From Klebsiella phage 150049, in the sequence record OP045498.1: a stretch of DNA of 64,000 bases; one strand, 5' to 3'. Positions 9,134 to 17,713 of this stretch are shown here, piece after piece. Numbering within the stretch: position 1 is the stretch's first letter; each line of letters opens with the position of its first letter. The translations under genes were made by a program, and so were the position numbers. The notes beneath the pieces were generated by a model. It was given only the letters and a program-made list of their open reading frames with translations, did not search any database and was not told where the DNA came from.

Positions 9134-9513
9134 GCTAATCTTTCCTCGAACTCTTTATTCTGCTTTTTAGCAATTAATGTTACCAATCCAGGCTTTGCAG
9201 CGATAACATCCTGACGACTAAGAGCTTTATCTAACTGCTTAATCTTTTTGTCTAGATCTGCTTGCGAAATATTATTCATTGTGAAGTACTGATTCATTAG
9301 AGTCTCACGAAGTTCACTCTCAGTTTTCACTTTATTAAGAGAAGTCTCTAGAGTGGAGATCTTTTTAGTCGCAACTGCAAGATCTCCCGCTAAAGTTTCA
9401 ACCTTATTTACTAAATGATAAGCACCGAATCCGATACCTATCGCAAGACCAGCTCCCAGGATATACCACTTACCTTGCCATATTCCTGAAAGAAGTTTTT
9501 GTATCAAATCCAT
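9064..9513 (-). CDS. membrane-anchored coiled-coil protein (149 aa)
   Basis: N-terminal TM, heptad-like charged region. Confidence 0.5.
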   Translation of the reverse strand: MDLIQKLLSGIWQGKWYILGAGLAIGIGFGAYHLVNKVETLAGDLAVATKKISTLETSLNKVKTESELRETLMNQYFTMNNISQADLDKKIKQLDKALSRQDVIAAKPGLVTLIAKKQNKEFEERLACLTGNLEYCSQPQSQSQAVQKK

Positions 9514-10168
9514 GTGCTGCTAACCTGTCTTTATCTGATACGGTAATCATATCAGGCTCACCAGTTCCTAGTACACCGAAGATATACTGTTCGAGAACTT
9601 GGTGTAAACGGTATAAGTTACTTTCAATTTCCTGCCACGGAATACCTGACTGGTGGAAACGAATGTTTGTCTGAATTACGAAGTTACGAACATCATCGTT
9701 ATCGTTCTTCTTAATACCTTTCACATACGCAATTGGTACGCGCAGTTCAGATAAGATACGTTCTGCTTTAGGTTTTGCTTCAACCAACATATCTCGCATG
9801 GTTTCACGAACATCACCACGATTCTTATCTAGTAAGTAAGAACGGGCATGTAATCCCATTTCTTCCATTTTATCAAATACAGCATCGATGTTGAACGTTT
9901 TGAAACTGAATGCCGGATGCCAGCAGGACAGCTCATGTAACCAGTAAACTTCACCTGCAATAAATAGCGGATTTACTGAGTATTCGAAATCACCACGGAA
10001 GGATAAGGAACCCTCACGAAACACCTGACGATTATGAACAATATTCTTTTCTACATCGTCAGTTACTTTTACCAGCAGCTCTTCAGTTTTACGCTCCCAG
10101 ACACGATCTGGATCAAATAAACTATTCTGCAAATCGTATACATCATTGAACTTTGAAATGATTCTCAT
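9470..10168 (-). CDS. hypothetical protein (232 aa)
   Basis: ORF track; follows promoter. Confidence 0.55.
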   Translation of the reverse strand: MRIISKFNDVYDLQNSLFDPDRVWERKTEELLVKVTDDVEKNIVHNRQVFREGSLSFRGDFEYSVNPLFIAGEVYWLHELSCWHPAFSFKTFNIDAVFDKMEEMGLHARSYLLDKNRGDVRETMRDMLVEAKPKAERILSELRVPIAYVKGIKKNDNDDVRNFVIQTNIRFHQSGIPWQEIESNLYRLHQVLEQYIFGVLGTGEPDMITVSDKDRLAAHGFDTKTSFRNMAR

Positions 10169-10192
10169 AAATTATCCTTTTGCCTCAATCTA

Positions 10193-10228
10193 TAAACATA
10201 TTATACAATACTTGTGGCATCTGAGCAA
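10193..10228 (-). promoter_or_regulatory. T5-type early promoter
   Basis: -10 10200..10205, -35 10223..10228. Confidence 0.65.
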
Positions 10229-10238
10229 CTGAAATTTT

Positions 10239-10277
10239 ATTACAAAAATAGCCCAGTCGCAAAATTGCAGGCTGGGC
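10239..10277 (-). terminator. rho-independent terminator (GCCCAG..CTGGGC plus T-run)
   Basis: hairpin 10251..10276 then TATTTTTGTAAT on minus strand. Confidence 0.55.
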
Positions 10278-10313
10278 TTTGTCATTATTATTCTTGCTAG
10301 GAGGTGATTATCA

Positions 10314-10703
10314 TCACTCTTGTTTACTTAATTCTCTAGCACGACGTAGCGATCCAGCGGTTCTCCATAATTTAATGTCGTCAACAACTTCTTTGTAGGG
10401 AGCAATAGTAAGACCTAGCGGCCCCGCTACCAACAGTCCAAAGAAACCAATTACACGCATGTAAAGCAAGCATTCTTTGGGAGTCATTGACTGGACAGCC
10501 TGTCTTTCCTCAGCACTGTCGAACTCGTGTTCTTGATCGTCTAAACGTAGGTACTTAATAAACCATTCAGCAGAATATTCATCCAGATGACGAATAACTG
10601 CAATAGCATAGCCTAAACCAATAATAAACCATGCTGCTACAATGAATAAAATAAAGCTCATGATATCTCCAATTAAAGTTGAGGTCAGCGACCAACTCAC
10701 CAC
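10314..10703 (-). CDS. membrane protein (129 aa)
   Basis: hydrophobic segments. Confidence 0.5.
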   Translation of the reverse strand: MVSWSLTSTLIGDIMSFILFIVAAWFIIGLGYAIAVIRHLDEYSAEWFIKYLRLDDQEHEFDSAEERQAVQSMTPKECLLYMRVIGFFGLLVAGPLGLTIAPYKEVVDDIKLWRTAGSLRRARELSKQE

Positions 10704-10777
10704 TTACCGCACTAAGGGGCACGACTCCCTTATCCGTAACAGTTGCAGGTGACGCAACTCGGTCCTACGCGAGTTCT

Positions 10778-11062
10778 TTACTTGCTCTGCATTTCAGCAC
10801 GGAACTTTTTCATCTTACGAGTTTTACGGAAGAAGAAATAAGTAGCTACTGGCCCGAACAAGGTGTCCATGATAAGCATACCTGACATAATGAATTTGAA
10901 CATCTTTTCATCGTCAAATTCTGCTAATTCTGGTGGACGATATTTGTTTATAACATAAAGAATAACATCTTTATTTTTAGAGATATACAGATCATCAATC
11001 AGACTGTAAATCGCGACAACCGCACCAATAACAAACCACAAAGCAAATGGAGAGATAATCAT
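10778..11062 (-). CDS. membrane protein (94 aa)
   Basis: two TM segments. Confidence 0.5.
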   Translation of the reverse strand: MIISPFALWFVIGAVVAIYSLIDDLYISKNKDVILYVINKYRPPELAEFDDEKMFKFIMSGMLIMDTLFGPVATYFFFRKTRKMKKFRAEMQSK

Positions 11063-11352
11063 TTAAGATCCTTTTCGTCAATTAAAATAGTAACAAATAA
11101 TGGTACACAACCTGGGCATAAATCTTTGCCAAACTTTTCCATTACATCCCAAAGTGGTAAAGTAATCATACCATTCTTAACTCTAGGATCTGTATACTCA
11201 GCTATTCGTTTATTTGCAAAATCGGTAGCTAAATCTGAATTATGCTCATAGCTATAATCAGTCCAGAATTTAGTGTGATCCTTTCTAAGATACTCTAGTA
11301 CAGCATCAGTTGCTGGAATCTGTACTAGACTGTTGAGATTTAGCTCTTTCAC
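11059..11352 (-). CDS. hypothetical protein (97 aa)
   Basis: ORF track. Confidence 0.5.
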   Translation of the reverse strand: MKELNLNSLVQIPATDAVLEYLRKDHTKFWTDYSYEHNSDLATDFANKRIAEYTDPRVKNGMITLPLWDVMEKFGKDLCPGCVPLFVTILIDEKDLK

Positions 11353-11803
11353 GTTCTTCTCTCCGACGTTTGCGTTCTTTCATCATGTAAGCTGCTACAA
11401 CCTCATGGTAGTAGTCGTTAATGTTGCCTTCTGGCAAGAAATGTTTAATTGTTTCTAGCTGGCAGATAACACGGTAAAGATGTTTATTTGGTAGACATAA
11501 TTTCATGCCCATAACAAATCCAGAGAAGCCTGGAACACTGAACATGGGTTGGGCTTCTACGTTACCCTCGGGATTGATACTAAGTTCAATCGAGATACCC
11601 ATTTTCATACTATAAAGCTGGCAACCTTCACCATTACCAAATCTTGACCAAACAGTGAAGTCCTCATCAATTTGATCTTGGATTTCTTCGACTGCATGTT
11701 TAATTCTAGGGTCTAAATTACTCATCTTCACCTTCAAAGCCGCAGTCATAACGGCAAGTAAAAGAATCAGAACTATTAGTACGTTGAGTAGTGATTTCAC
11801 CAC
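11306..11803 (-). CDS. hypothetical protein (165 aa)
   Basis: ORF track. Confidence 0.5.
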   Translation of the reverse strand: MVKSLLNVLIVLILLLAVMTAALKVKMSNLDPRIKHAVEEIQDQIDEDFTVWSRFGNGEGCQLYSMKMGISIELSINPEGNVEAQPMFSVPGFSGFVMGMKLCLPNKHLYRVICQLETIKHFLPEGNINDYYHEVVAAYMMKERKRRREERERAKSQQSSTDSSN

Positions 11804-12128
11804 GTTTGCTAACAGTAACAGCCGGAGTAGAGAAGTTTTTATTAGTATAGATTTCTACTTTACCATTACGTTCTTTAACATCACGTACTTTACCATATTC
11901 GGTGGTAATGCCGTTCTGTTGAACTTTAACATTACCATTTTTCATAGAAACTTTGGTAGATGCCAGAGAACCGAAACTAACTGCTGAAATTACCAGAGCA
12001 ATAATAAACTTATTCATCAGGATCTTCCTCATTACAGTCACGGCATACATCATAATCGTTGTAAGAATGTTCGTGCGCTTCACACCACCAGCCACATTCG
12101 TCACACAGAAAGATTTCGGTCTTTTCAA
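11718..12128 (-). CDS. secreted protein with signal peptide (136 aa)
   Basis: N-terminal hydrophobic leader ending ASTKV. Confidence 0.45.
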   Translation of the reverse strand: MKRPKSFCVTNVAGGVKRTNILTTIMMYAVTVMRKILMNKFIIALVISAVSFGSLASTKVSMKNGNVKVQQNGITTEYGKVRDVKERNGKVEIYTNKNFSTPAVTVSKRGEITTQRTNSSDSFTCRYDCGFEGEDE

Positions 12129-12291
12129 TGGCTTGGCCTAGTAATTCGTCGGCTTCGTCATGTGTAATCTTCAGGCTACAAACATCAGCTACTTGTTGAA
12201 CAATCAGACTCCCTACTTTGTGGTAGGACATGCAGGTTCCCTGTGCATCATGCTCAAGGACGTGGATAGCACAGTCTAAGCGATTTTTCAT
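12010..12291 (-). CDS. zinc-finger protein (93 aa)
   Basis: CDECGWWC..CRDC cysteine pairs. Confidence 0.45.
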   Translation of the reverse strand: MKNRLDCAIHVLEHDAQGTCMSYHKVGSLIVQQVADVCSLKITHDEADELLGQAIEKTEIFLCDECGWWCEAHEHSYNDYDVCRDCNEEDPDE

Positions 12292-12314
12292 TTCAAAGCC
12301 CTCTCATCAATTTA

Positions 12315-12350
12315 TATAAATATTATATCAAAAGGAGAGGGTTTTAGCAA
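12315..12350 (-). promoter_or_regulatory. T5-type early promoter
   Basis: -10 12322..12327, -35 12345..12350. Confidence 0.65.
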
Positions 12351-12367
12351 ATGAATTATTTACGAAA

Positions 12368-12721
12368 TTAGTCGTAGCACCACCATAACCCGCGCTTACG
12401 CAGGTCATGATCGCGATTATAGTCGTAATTTTCTGGATCTTTCATCACATGGTGAAGTTCGTAACGGTTTCCCTGACGAACCATTTTGTTAGAATGCCAC
12501 TTAACATTCCTACTAACAGAATCCCAATTGTACCCATCCTTTTTCTCATATTTAATGATATCGTCTTGTAATTCCTTTTCAATTTCTTCTCTAGTGTACG
12601 GGACTGCCGGTTCTTTCAAGGCGAAGAAACGACGATTGTACCCAAGAGTAAAGTTGAATTTAGAACGATGTGCATCACGCCAGTGACGATCACCAGATTG
12701 TTTACGATATGTACGGCTCAT
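12368..12721 (-). CDS. hypothetical protein (117 aa)
   Basis: ORF track. Confidence 0.55.
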   Translation of the reverse strand: MSRTYRKQSGDRHWRDAHRSKFNFTLGYNRRFFALKEPAVPYTREEIEKELQDDIIKYEKKDGYNWDSVSRNVKWHSNKMVRQGNRYELHHVMKDPENYDYNRDHDLRKRGLWWCYD

Positions 12722-12779
12722 ATTACCTCCATTAAGTCTTTTAAATTAACTTAATGTGGGCGAACTTCAAAATATAACA

Positions 12780-12965
12780 TCAGTAATCTCCGTTGTCGTT
12801 GTATACTACCCCACTGCTCGGGAGTTCTTCTACTGTCACATCCTCGAATTCTATAGAACTTCTATGGTTTCTAGCCAGTTCGATTGCTTCTTCTGCAGTT
12901 TCTGCAACGACAATAGCTGTACCACCTAACCACAGGCCGCTATAGTTCACTTTAAAAATTTTCAT
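12780..12965 (-). CDS. hypothetical protein (61 aa)
   Basis: ORF track. Confidence 0.45.
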   Translation of the reverse strand: MKIFKVNYSGLWLGGTAIVVAETAEEAIELARNHRSSIEFEDVTVEELPSSGVVYNDNGDY

Positions 12966-12980
12966 TTCGAAAATCCTACA

Positions 12981-13020
12981 TACAAGAAAACCCCAGACTA
13001 CTTATTCAATAGCTGGGGTT
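12981..13020 (-). terminator. rho-independent terminator (CCCCAG..CTGGGG plus TTTTCTT)
   Basis: hairpin 12991..13018. Confidence 0.55.
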
Positions 13021-13029
13021 TATTATTAA

Positions 13030-13329
13030 TTAGATAATTTCGACAATATCCTGAGTTACAAAACCGTCGAATTCATCAGAGATACCACCTGTAAAGGTGA
13101 TGCCCATAATCATTGCATCCATCTTTTTAATCTCCGAGATTTTCATACCTGCTTTACTATTCTTATAGTATTTGCGAGGATTCCCACACATCCAACAAGA
13201 ACAGATGCAAGGAGTGGTAGTGATAATGCCTAACCGCTTAGGACTTTCTTCATGTGGGAAGACTGTCCAATACTTTTTGCGATTGTTTTTCACACGTTGC
13301 CGGTGATGGCGTCTTAATGCTCGATCCAC
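13030..13329 (-). CDS. Cys-rich hypothetical protein (99 aa)
   Basis: CICSCWMCGN cluster. Confidence 0.5.
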   Translation of the reverse strand: MDRALRRHHRQRVKNNRKKYWTVFPHEESPKRLGIITTTPCICSCWMCGNPRKYYKNSKAGMKISEIKKMDAMIMGITFTGGISDEFDGFVTQDIVEII

Positions 13330-13410
13330 ACATTTCTCCTAAAACTTGGGAGATAAATGGAGTTTGCTCGACTACCTTGCGTAGCTGGGAGAAATCGTAT
13401 CCAAACCCCA

Positions 13411-13779
13411 TTATATCGCCTGAGTAAATGTACGACTAATAACGTCGTTCTGTTGTTCACGCGTCAATGCGTTAAATCGAACAGCATAGCCAGAGACACG
13501 GATGGTCAACTGAGGATATTTTTCAGGATGTTTCTGTGCATCCAAAAGCTGATCACGGCTTAACACATTGACATTTAGGTGCTGACCACCCTCGACTTGA
13601 GGAACCACTTCCACATCTACAATGCGAAAGGCCTCAGGGTCAAAGTGAGGTGTGATACCTTCTAGATCTTCGACTAGAACTTTCTGTTTAAGTTCACCAT
13701 CTTTAGAATATAGTTGAATGATCTGATTGTTATGAACAATGTTAATTACGCCAGACTTAAGACTTTGATATGCTTTCAT
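13411..13779 (-). CDS. grcA: autonomous glycyl radical cofactor GrcA/YfiD homologue (122 aa)
   Basis: [33 protein letters not shown] nearly identical to E. coli GrcA glycyl-radical motif. Confidence 0.85.
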   Translation of the reverse strand: MKAYQSLKSGVINIVHNNQIIQLYSKDGELKQKVLVEDLEGITPHFDPEAFRIVDVEVVPQVEGGQHLNVNVLSRDQLLDAQKHPEKYPQLTIRVSGYAVRFNALTREQQNDVISRTFTQAI

Positions 13780-13962
13780 TAGATCTCCCTGATGTTAGAA
13801 TTTGGCTCAGCTTTTTGTTAACCCAGAAGCAAGATAAAAACTGGGAGGCAGGCTGTTTATTAAGTGAATACCCGATAATCGCTCGTAGTCCGGCTTGTGG
13901 ATTGATAGTCCCATTCAGTTTAATAAACACAGAGATCTGGCACAAAGGCCTGATCTTATCTT

Positions 13963-14038
13963 TGGTAGTTAGTAGTGGATTTGAACCACTGTAGTCGCTC
14001 CGTATGAAGGAGGTGCATAACCGCTCTGCCAACTAACT
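13963..14038 (-). tRNA. tRNA with CAT anticodon (Met or Ile2)
   Basis: RC shows GGTTCAAATCC T-arm, loop TTCATAC, encoded CCA. Confidence 0.7.
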
Positions 14039-14044
14039 ATAATT

Positions 14045-14120
14045 TGGTACTCCGACTTGGGATCGAACCAAGATTTGACGATTATCGGTCGCCTGTTCTA
14101 ACCTGTTGAACTATCAGAGC
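14045..14120 (-). tRNA. tRNA-Ile (GAT)
   Basis: cloverleaf GCTCTGA..TTCGATC..TCGGAGTACCA, loop CCGATAA. Confidence 0.6.
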
Positions 14121-14121
14121 A

Positions 14122-14415
14122 TTACATCATTTCATCTAAGTAAGAAGTATACTGGTATTTAGCTTCACCAGTCTTATCTACTTCTACCTCAGTTCGTGGT
14201 ACTTTACGAACTAGACCGTGAATCATCTTATAGTTAATAGACTTAGATGGTTCGTGATCTTTTGGAAAGACTTGTTTAACCGTTACTACTTTGAAGCCTT
14301 CACGAGGTGTTAATACAACAACTTGATCACCTTCTTTAATTTTCCAGGACTCAGGAAATTCGTAAGTGTAGCGTTGACCACCAGTTTGGAACACGACAGA
14401 AAGATAACGTTTCAT
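14122..14415 (-). CDS. hypothetical protein (97 aa)
   Basis: ORF track; behind promoter block. Confidence 0.55.
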   Translation of the reverse strand: MKRYLSVVFQTGGQRYTYEFPESWKIKEGDQVVVLTPREGFKVVTVKQVFPKDHEPSKSINYKMIHGLVRKVPRTEVEVDKTGEAKYQYTSYLDEMM

Positions 14416-14438
14416 TTGGTTTCCCTCTCATTAATTTA

Positions 14439-14474
14439 TATAAATATTATAACAAGAAATAAGAGAGAAGGCAA
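14439..14474 (-). promoter_or_regulatory. T5-type early promoter
   Basis: -10 14446..14451, -35 14469..14474. Confidence 0.6.
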
Positions 14475-14490
14475 ATGAATTTTTTAAATT

Positions 14491-14565
14491 TGGTGCTCCC
14501 ACCAGGAATCGAACCCGGTTCAGATGCTTACAAGGCAACTGCATCGCCAGCAATGCTTTAGGAGC
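14491..14565 (-). tRNA. tRNA-Thr (TGT)
   Basis: T-arm CCGGGTTCGATTCCTGG, loop CTTGTAA, CCA encoded. Confidence 0.55.
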
Positions 14566-14574
14566 ATTAACCCG

Positions 14575-14739
14575 TTATTTCAACGGGATTTCTTTTTCAA
14601 ATACAGGAGACTTATCAGACATTACTGTCATAGCCAACTGCTGTAAGAATTCGAAGGAGAGTTTTAAACGTTCTTCACCCAACTCAACCTCAACACACTT
14701 CATTTGCTTATCAACCTTTAGCTTTAGATTATCAGCCAT
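14575..14739 (-). CDS. small ORF (54 aa) coupled by ATGGCTGA overlap to upstream gene
   Basis: start overlaps stop of 14732..14953. Confidence 0.3.
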   Translation of the reverse strand: MADNLKLKVDKQMKCVEVELGEERLKLSFEFLQQLAMTVMSDKSPVFEKEIPLK

Positions 14740-14953
14740 CTTCGGGTTCTCTTTGCTCAGCTATTGCTAGCCAGTCTGGTAAAAGAAACTTAGTACGAAA
14801 TTCTTCATATGTTTCTTCTGGATGAAAGCTATAGCCTTGTTTTTCATCATTTAATAAAACCGAACCATCTTCTTGCTCATAAGCTCGATATGTTTCACCA
14901 ATAATTAAAACTCGTCTATTGGGGTTTTTATTACGAAACTCAAAAACGTCCAT
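14732..14953 (-). CDS. hypothetical protein (73 aa)
   Basis: ORF track. Confidence 0.45.
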   Translation of the reverse strand: MDVFEFRNKNPNRRVLIIGETYRAYEQEDGSVLLNDEKQGYSFHPEETYEEFRTKFLLPDWLAIAEQREPEDG

Positions 14954-14969
14954 AACGTTTCCTTATATT

Positions 14970-15044
14970 TGGTGCGGGATACGAGAGTCGAACTCGTGTC
15001 TACTGGTTGGAAGCCAGTTATTCTAGCCACTGAACTAATCACGC
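14970..15044 (-). tRNA. tRNA-Gly (TCC)
   Basis: anticodon arm ACTGG-CTTCCAA-CCAGT, T-loop TTCGACT. Confidence 0.65.
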
Positions 15045-15050
15045 ATAAAT

Positions 15051-15126
15051 TGGCTGGAGAAGGAGGAATCGAACCTACCATTAACGGAGTCAAAGGCCGT
15101 TGTGCTAACCGTTACACTACTCTCCA
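15051..15126 (-). tRNA. tRNA-Gln (TTG)
   Basis: U1-A72, discriminator G, loop CTTTGAC, E. coli tRNA-Gln-like. Confidence 0.65.
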
Positions 15127-15132
15127 ATTGTT

Positions 15133-15208
15133 TGGCTGGGATGCCACGGATCGAACGTGGAACCTTCGGAGTCAGAGGCCGACGATCTGCCAATTGATCT
15201 ACATCCCA
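15133..15208 (-). tRNA. tRNA-Gln (CTG)
   Basis: TGGGATG..CATCCCAGCCA, loop CTCTGAC. Confidence 0.65.
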
Positions 15209-15216
15209 ATAATTTT

Positions 15217-15417
15217 TTATTCTACAGGAACCGTGGCGATTGGATCAGGTTCTTCTAGACGTTTACCATTATGATCAACACGAATAATACCACAACCCTC
15301 ACAGATTACAACAGCACCATAGCCTTCTTTAACTTCGGCTTCTGTAATCAGACCAGAAAGATCACCAGTATCTTTGCCCCACATATCGATAGAGCATTCT
15401 TTGCAGAAATCAGCCAT
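15217..15417 (-). CDS. small zinc-ribbon protein (66 aa)
   Basis: CKEC..CEGC. Confidence 0.45.
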   Translation of the reverse strand: MADFCKECSIDMWGKDTGDLSGLITEAEVKEGYGAVVICEGCGIIRVDHNGKRLEEPDPIATVPVE

Positions 15418-15441
15418 ATTTTATTTCCTGTTTAAGTTAAT

Positions 15442-15516
15442 TGGTGCATCCTCAGGGAATCGAACCCCGATCGTAAAGTTCGTAGCTTTACATTCTTTCC
15501 GTTGAAATAAGGACGC
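15442..15516 (-). tRNA. tRNA-Arg (ACG)
   Basis: anticodon arm TAAAG-CTACGAA-CTTTA; ends GGATGCACCA like E. coli Arg-ACG. Confidence 0.7.
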
Positions 15517-15522
15517 AATATT

Positions 15523-15599
15523 TGGGGTGGCTAGTGGAATTCGAATCCACATAGGCCTGATTCACAATCAGGATCATTAACCAATTATGATATAGCCAC
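15523..15599 (-). tRNA. tRNA-His (GTG)
   Basis: GTGGCTATA..loop TTGTGAA..TAGCCACCCCA, discriminator C. Confidence 0.75.
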
Positions 15600-16125
15600 A
15601 ATTGAAAACCATTGAGGAGTAGCGAACTCTCTACACTAGAAGCTTGCATGCTCATACCTAGTGATTAGACCTAGCAAATAGGCGCTACAAGTAACGACCC
15701 TAAGTGGTAGACTCAAACAGACAATGATTTTCAATTGTGGCGGCTCTCCGAAACTCATCACACTAACAACTAGTTGATTACTTCTGGATTCTCGCCCAGA
15801 AAATTCTCTAGAAAGGTGCACCGTTACTCTTTGAGCCATTGATGATGGGATGGTCTCTCATCCCCACTAACTACTTAATCCTTACGATTCGTCGGTTAGC
15901 ACGAGCAGCAACCCTTCATATATAATTTATAGTGCCCAGAAGGTCATTAGAAGCACTTTATCAAGAAGTAGAAGGACTCGAACCTTCAAGAGATAGACCA
16001 TTTATCTCAGCCTCGTTTTCGGGTATCTTATGAGGAGTGGATGTTCCCCTTACGCCCTTTAGGAAGCCCCGTCTACCGATTCCGGCATACTTCAAGATTC
16101 TGCTAGTCCGAGTCATGCTCTAGCA
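15600..16125 (-). ncRNA. candidate stable non-coding RNA region (~520 nt) with an embedded tRNA-like T-arm at 15971..15987
   Basis: no credible ORF on either strand; GAAGG-TTCGAGT-CCTTC arm; within tRNA cluster. Confidence 0.3.
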
Positions 16126-16467
16126 TCAAATGCTCGGTGTTAGTGGTTTCCAAAGTTTAGCAAACTTTAAAACATTTGGTATATCGTTAGAACTTACTGG
16201 CATAACTACTAAACAGCTGGGTTCTGCGTTACAAATAGTACGCTCAAATCCTTTACTACACTCTAGCGTAGACAGAATCTTCTTAAATTCTTTCTTGTTA
16301 ACCTTAATAACTACCTTAAAGAAGCAGTTGTCAAACCAATCCTTATATCTAGGATCATCCTGAAATTTAACATGAGCATTTAAAACAGAGTGTGCCACTA
16401 GAGTCGGCACCATATAATCAGGGGCTTCATCTAATACTGCAATATACATCTTACTATAAGTACTCAT
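16126..16467 (-). CDS. hypothetical protein (113 aa)
   Basis: ORF track. Confidence 0.5.
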   Translation of the reverse strand: MSTYSKMYIAVLDEAPDYMVPTLVAHSVLNAHVKFQDDPRYKDWFDNCFFKVVIKVNKKEFKKILSTLECSKGFERTICNAEPSCLVVMPVSSNDIPNVLKFAKLWKPLTPSI

Positions 16468-16483
16468 ACTGTTCCTTATAATT

Positions 16484-16573
16484 TGGAGGAAGGTAATGGA
16501 GTCGAACCATCACCATATCGCTACAGCGGGCAGGTTTTCAAGACCTGTTACATACCACTATGTCCTACCTTCC
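16484..16573 (-). tRNA. tRNA-Ser (TGA), class II
   Basis: 90 nt, anticodon arm CAGGT-CTTGAAA-ACCTG, long variable arm. Confidence 0.7.
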
Positions 16574-16580
16574 AGTTGTT

Positions 16581-16673
16581 TGGCGGAAGAAGAGAGATTC
16601 GAACTCTCAAGCCTGCTTTCACAAGTCAGCCACTTTCCAAGCGGTTTTCGTCACCAAGTCGATTTGCTCTTCC
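16581..16673 (-). tRNA. tRNA-Ser (GGA), class II
   Basis: 93 nt, loop TTGGAAA, T-arm GAGAG-TTCGAAT-CTCTC. Confidence 0.6.
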
Positions 16674-16831
16674 GTAGATCTCAGGATTAAATCATAAACT
16701 TCATTAGCGGATACTGGAAGTATGAGATTATACATCTTTTGGTCATACCTCTGACCATACTCTATAAACACATACTCTTTAGTTAATGTATTAACAGCTA
16801 ACCAGATATCAGTTATAGGAGTTTTCATCAT
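16619..16831 (-). CDS. hypothetical protein (70 aa); 3' end overlaps tRNA-Ser(GGA) call
   Basis: ORF track; overlap with tRNA lowers confidence. Confidence 0.3.
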   Translation of the reverse strand: MMKTPITDIWLAVNTLTKEYVFIEYGQRYDQKMYNLILPVSANEVYDLILRSTEEQIDLVTKTAWKVADL

Positions 16832-16847
16832 GAGTTAATCCAATGTT

Positions 16848-16928
16848 TGGTAGGGATGGAGGGACTCGAACCCACACCCGAAGACTAGAACCTAAATCTA
16901 GCGCGTCTGCCAATTTCGCCACATCCCC
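16848..16928 (-). tRNA. tRNA-Leu (TAG)
   Basis: anticodon arm CTAGA-TTTAGGT-TCTAG, short 9-nt variable arm with UUCG. Confidence 0.6.
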
Positions 16929-16935
16929 ATTTTAT

Positions 16936-17154
16936 TTAGTTAGAAATAAATAATAATCCCGCAACAATGGAACCTACGCCACTGAATACCATTATCAGCA
17001 TAGCTTCTAAGCTGATAAAGCGGACAGTATATGGAGCGCCCCAAGAATAATCAGTAAAGAAAGTTTTCTTTTCTTTAGCTAAATCTTTAACAGTTCTAAA
17101 ATAGATAGCTAGTGCTAAAGCTGCAAGAACTACAGAGGTTGCTAAGAATACCAT
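16936..17154 (-). CDS. small membrane protein (72 aa)
   Basis: two hydrophobic segments. Confidence 0.45.
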   Translation of the reverse strand: MVFLATSVVLAALALAIYFRTVKDLAKEKKTFFTDYSWGAPYTVRFISLEAMLIMVFSGVGSIVAGLLFISN

Positions 17155-17173
17155 ATTATTTCCTTAATTTGTT

Positions 17174-17249
17174 TGGTGGAGTCACTCAGAATTGAACTGA
17201 GTTCCACTGCTTGCAAGGCAGTAAGTTTAACCAAATAACCTATGACCCC
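17174..17249 (-). tRNA. tRNA-Ala (TGC)
   Basis: G3-U70 pair, anticodon arm ACTGC-CTTGCAA-GCAGT. Confidence 0.7.
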
Positions 17250-17254
17250 GAATT

Positions 17255-17328
17255 TGGTGGAGAAAGAGGGAGTTGAACCCTCGTCTTCTGCGTGCAAAGC
17301 AGATGTTCTACCATTAAACTATATCCCC
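17255..17328 (-). tRNA. tRNA-Ala (TGC), second copy
   Basis: G3-U70, anticodon arm TCTGC-TTTGCAC-GCAGA; one acceptor mismatch. Confidence 0.5.
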
Positions 17329-17339
17329 AAAATCTTTTA

Positions 17340-17650
17340 GTTTACTAAGGCTATTAGCTCGGTGTGCGTAATACCCTCGGCAATTAGCCATGCGAGGATA
17401 CCCGCTCTCCACAAACCCGATACACTATTCAGTTGCCGCTGAATCTAGTGGACTAATCTAGAACTTCTTGCAAAGTATCCCCCGCCATTAGGGGTCTAAT
17501 TGCAACCGTGCTTTTTGGCAGCCAGTCCTAGGTCGAGCTAATACCTTAGTGAACTAAATTGATGGATATCAGACTAATTTTGCTACGGCGTTTATCCTGA
17601 GGATCTCTTTTTCGGTAGCTCTGCTAGTGTAGACGTCATACACCTGATAT
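17340..17650 (-). ncRNA. candidate stable non-coding RNA (~310 nt) between promoter and tRNA-Ala genes
   Basis: ORF-free on both strands, directly downstream of promoter 17678..17713. Confidence 0.3.
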
Positions 17651-17677
17651 CTAGGCAGCTATTTTCACATCAATTTA

Positions 17678-17713
17678 TATAAATATTATAACAAGAAATT
17701 AAGCATCAAGCAA
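17678..17713 (-). promoter_or_regulatory. T5-type early promoter driving ncRNA/tRNA sub-cluster
   Basis: -10 17685..17690, -35 17708..17713. Confidence 0.6.

Noticed and set aside
10679-10885. 68-aa plus-strand ORF and 15636..15839 minus-strand ORF
   Set aside because: Sit in intergenic or non-coding spacers with no RBS. Low-complexity translations, likely chance ORFs. The 10704..10777 spacer was considered as a small structured RNA but the evidence is only a 5-bp hairpin.
13757-14032. 91-aa minus-strand ORF
   Set aside because: Overlaps the well-formed tRNA(CAT) at 13963..14038 and a non-coding spacer. Low-complexity translation.
15964-16094. Possible tRNA with T-arm at 15971..15987
   Set aside because: Candidate acceptor strands are 131 nt apart, too long for any tRNA class. 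Kept only as a tRNA-like module within a candidate ncRNA.
16483-16690. Two 64-aa plus-strand ORFs and 19367..19588 plus-strand ORF
   Set aside because: They are translations across tRNA genes, with typical GGFEPPT/RVELV tRNA-derived peptides.
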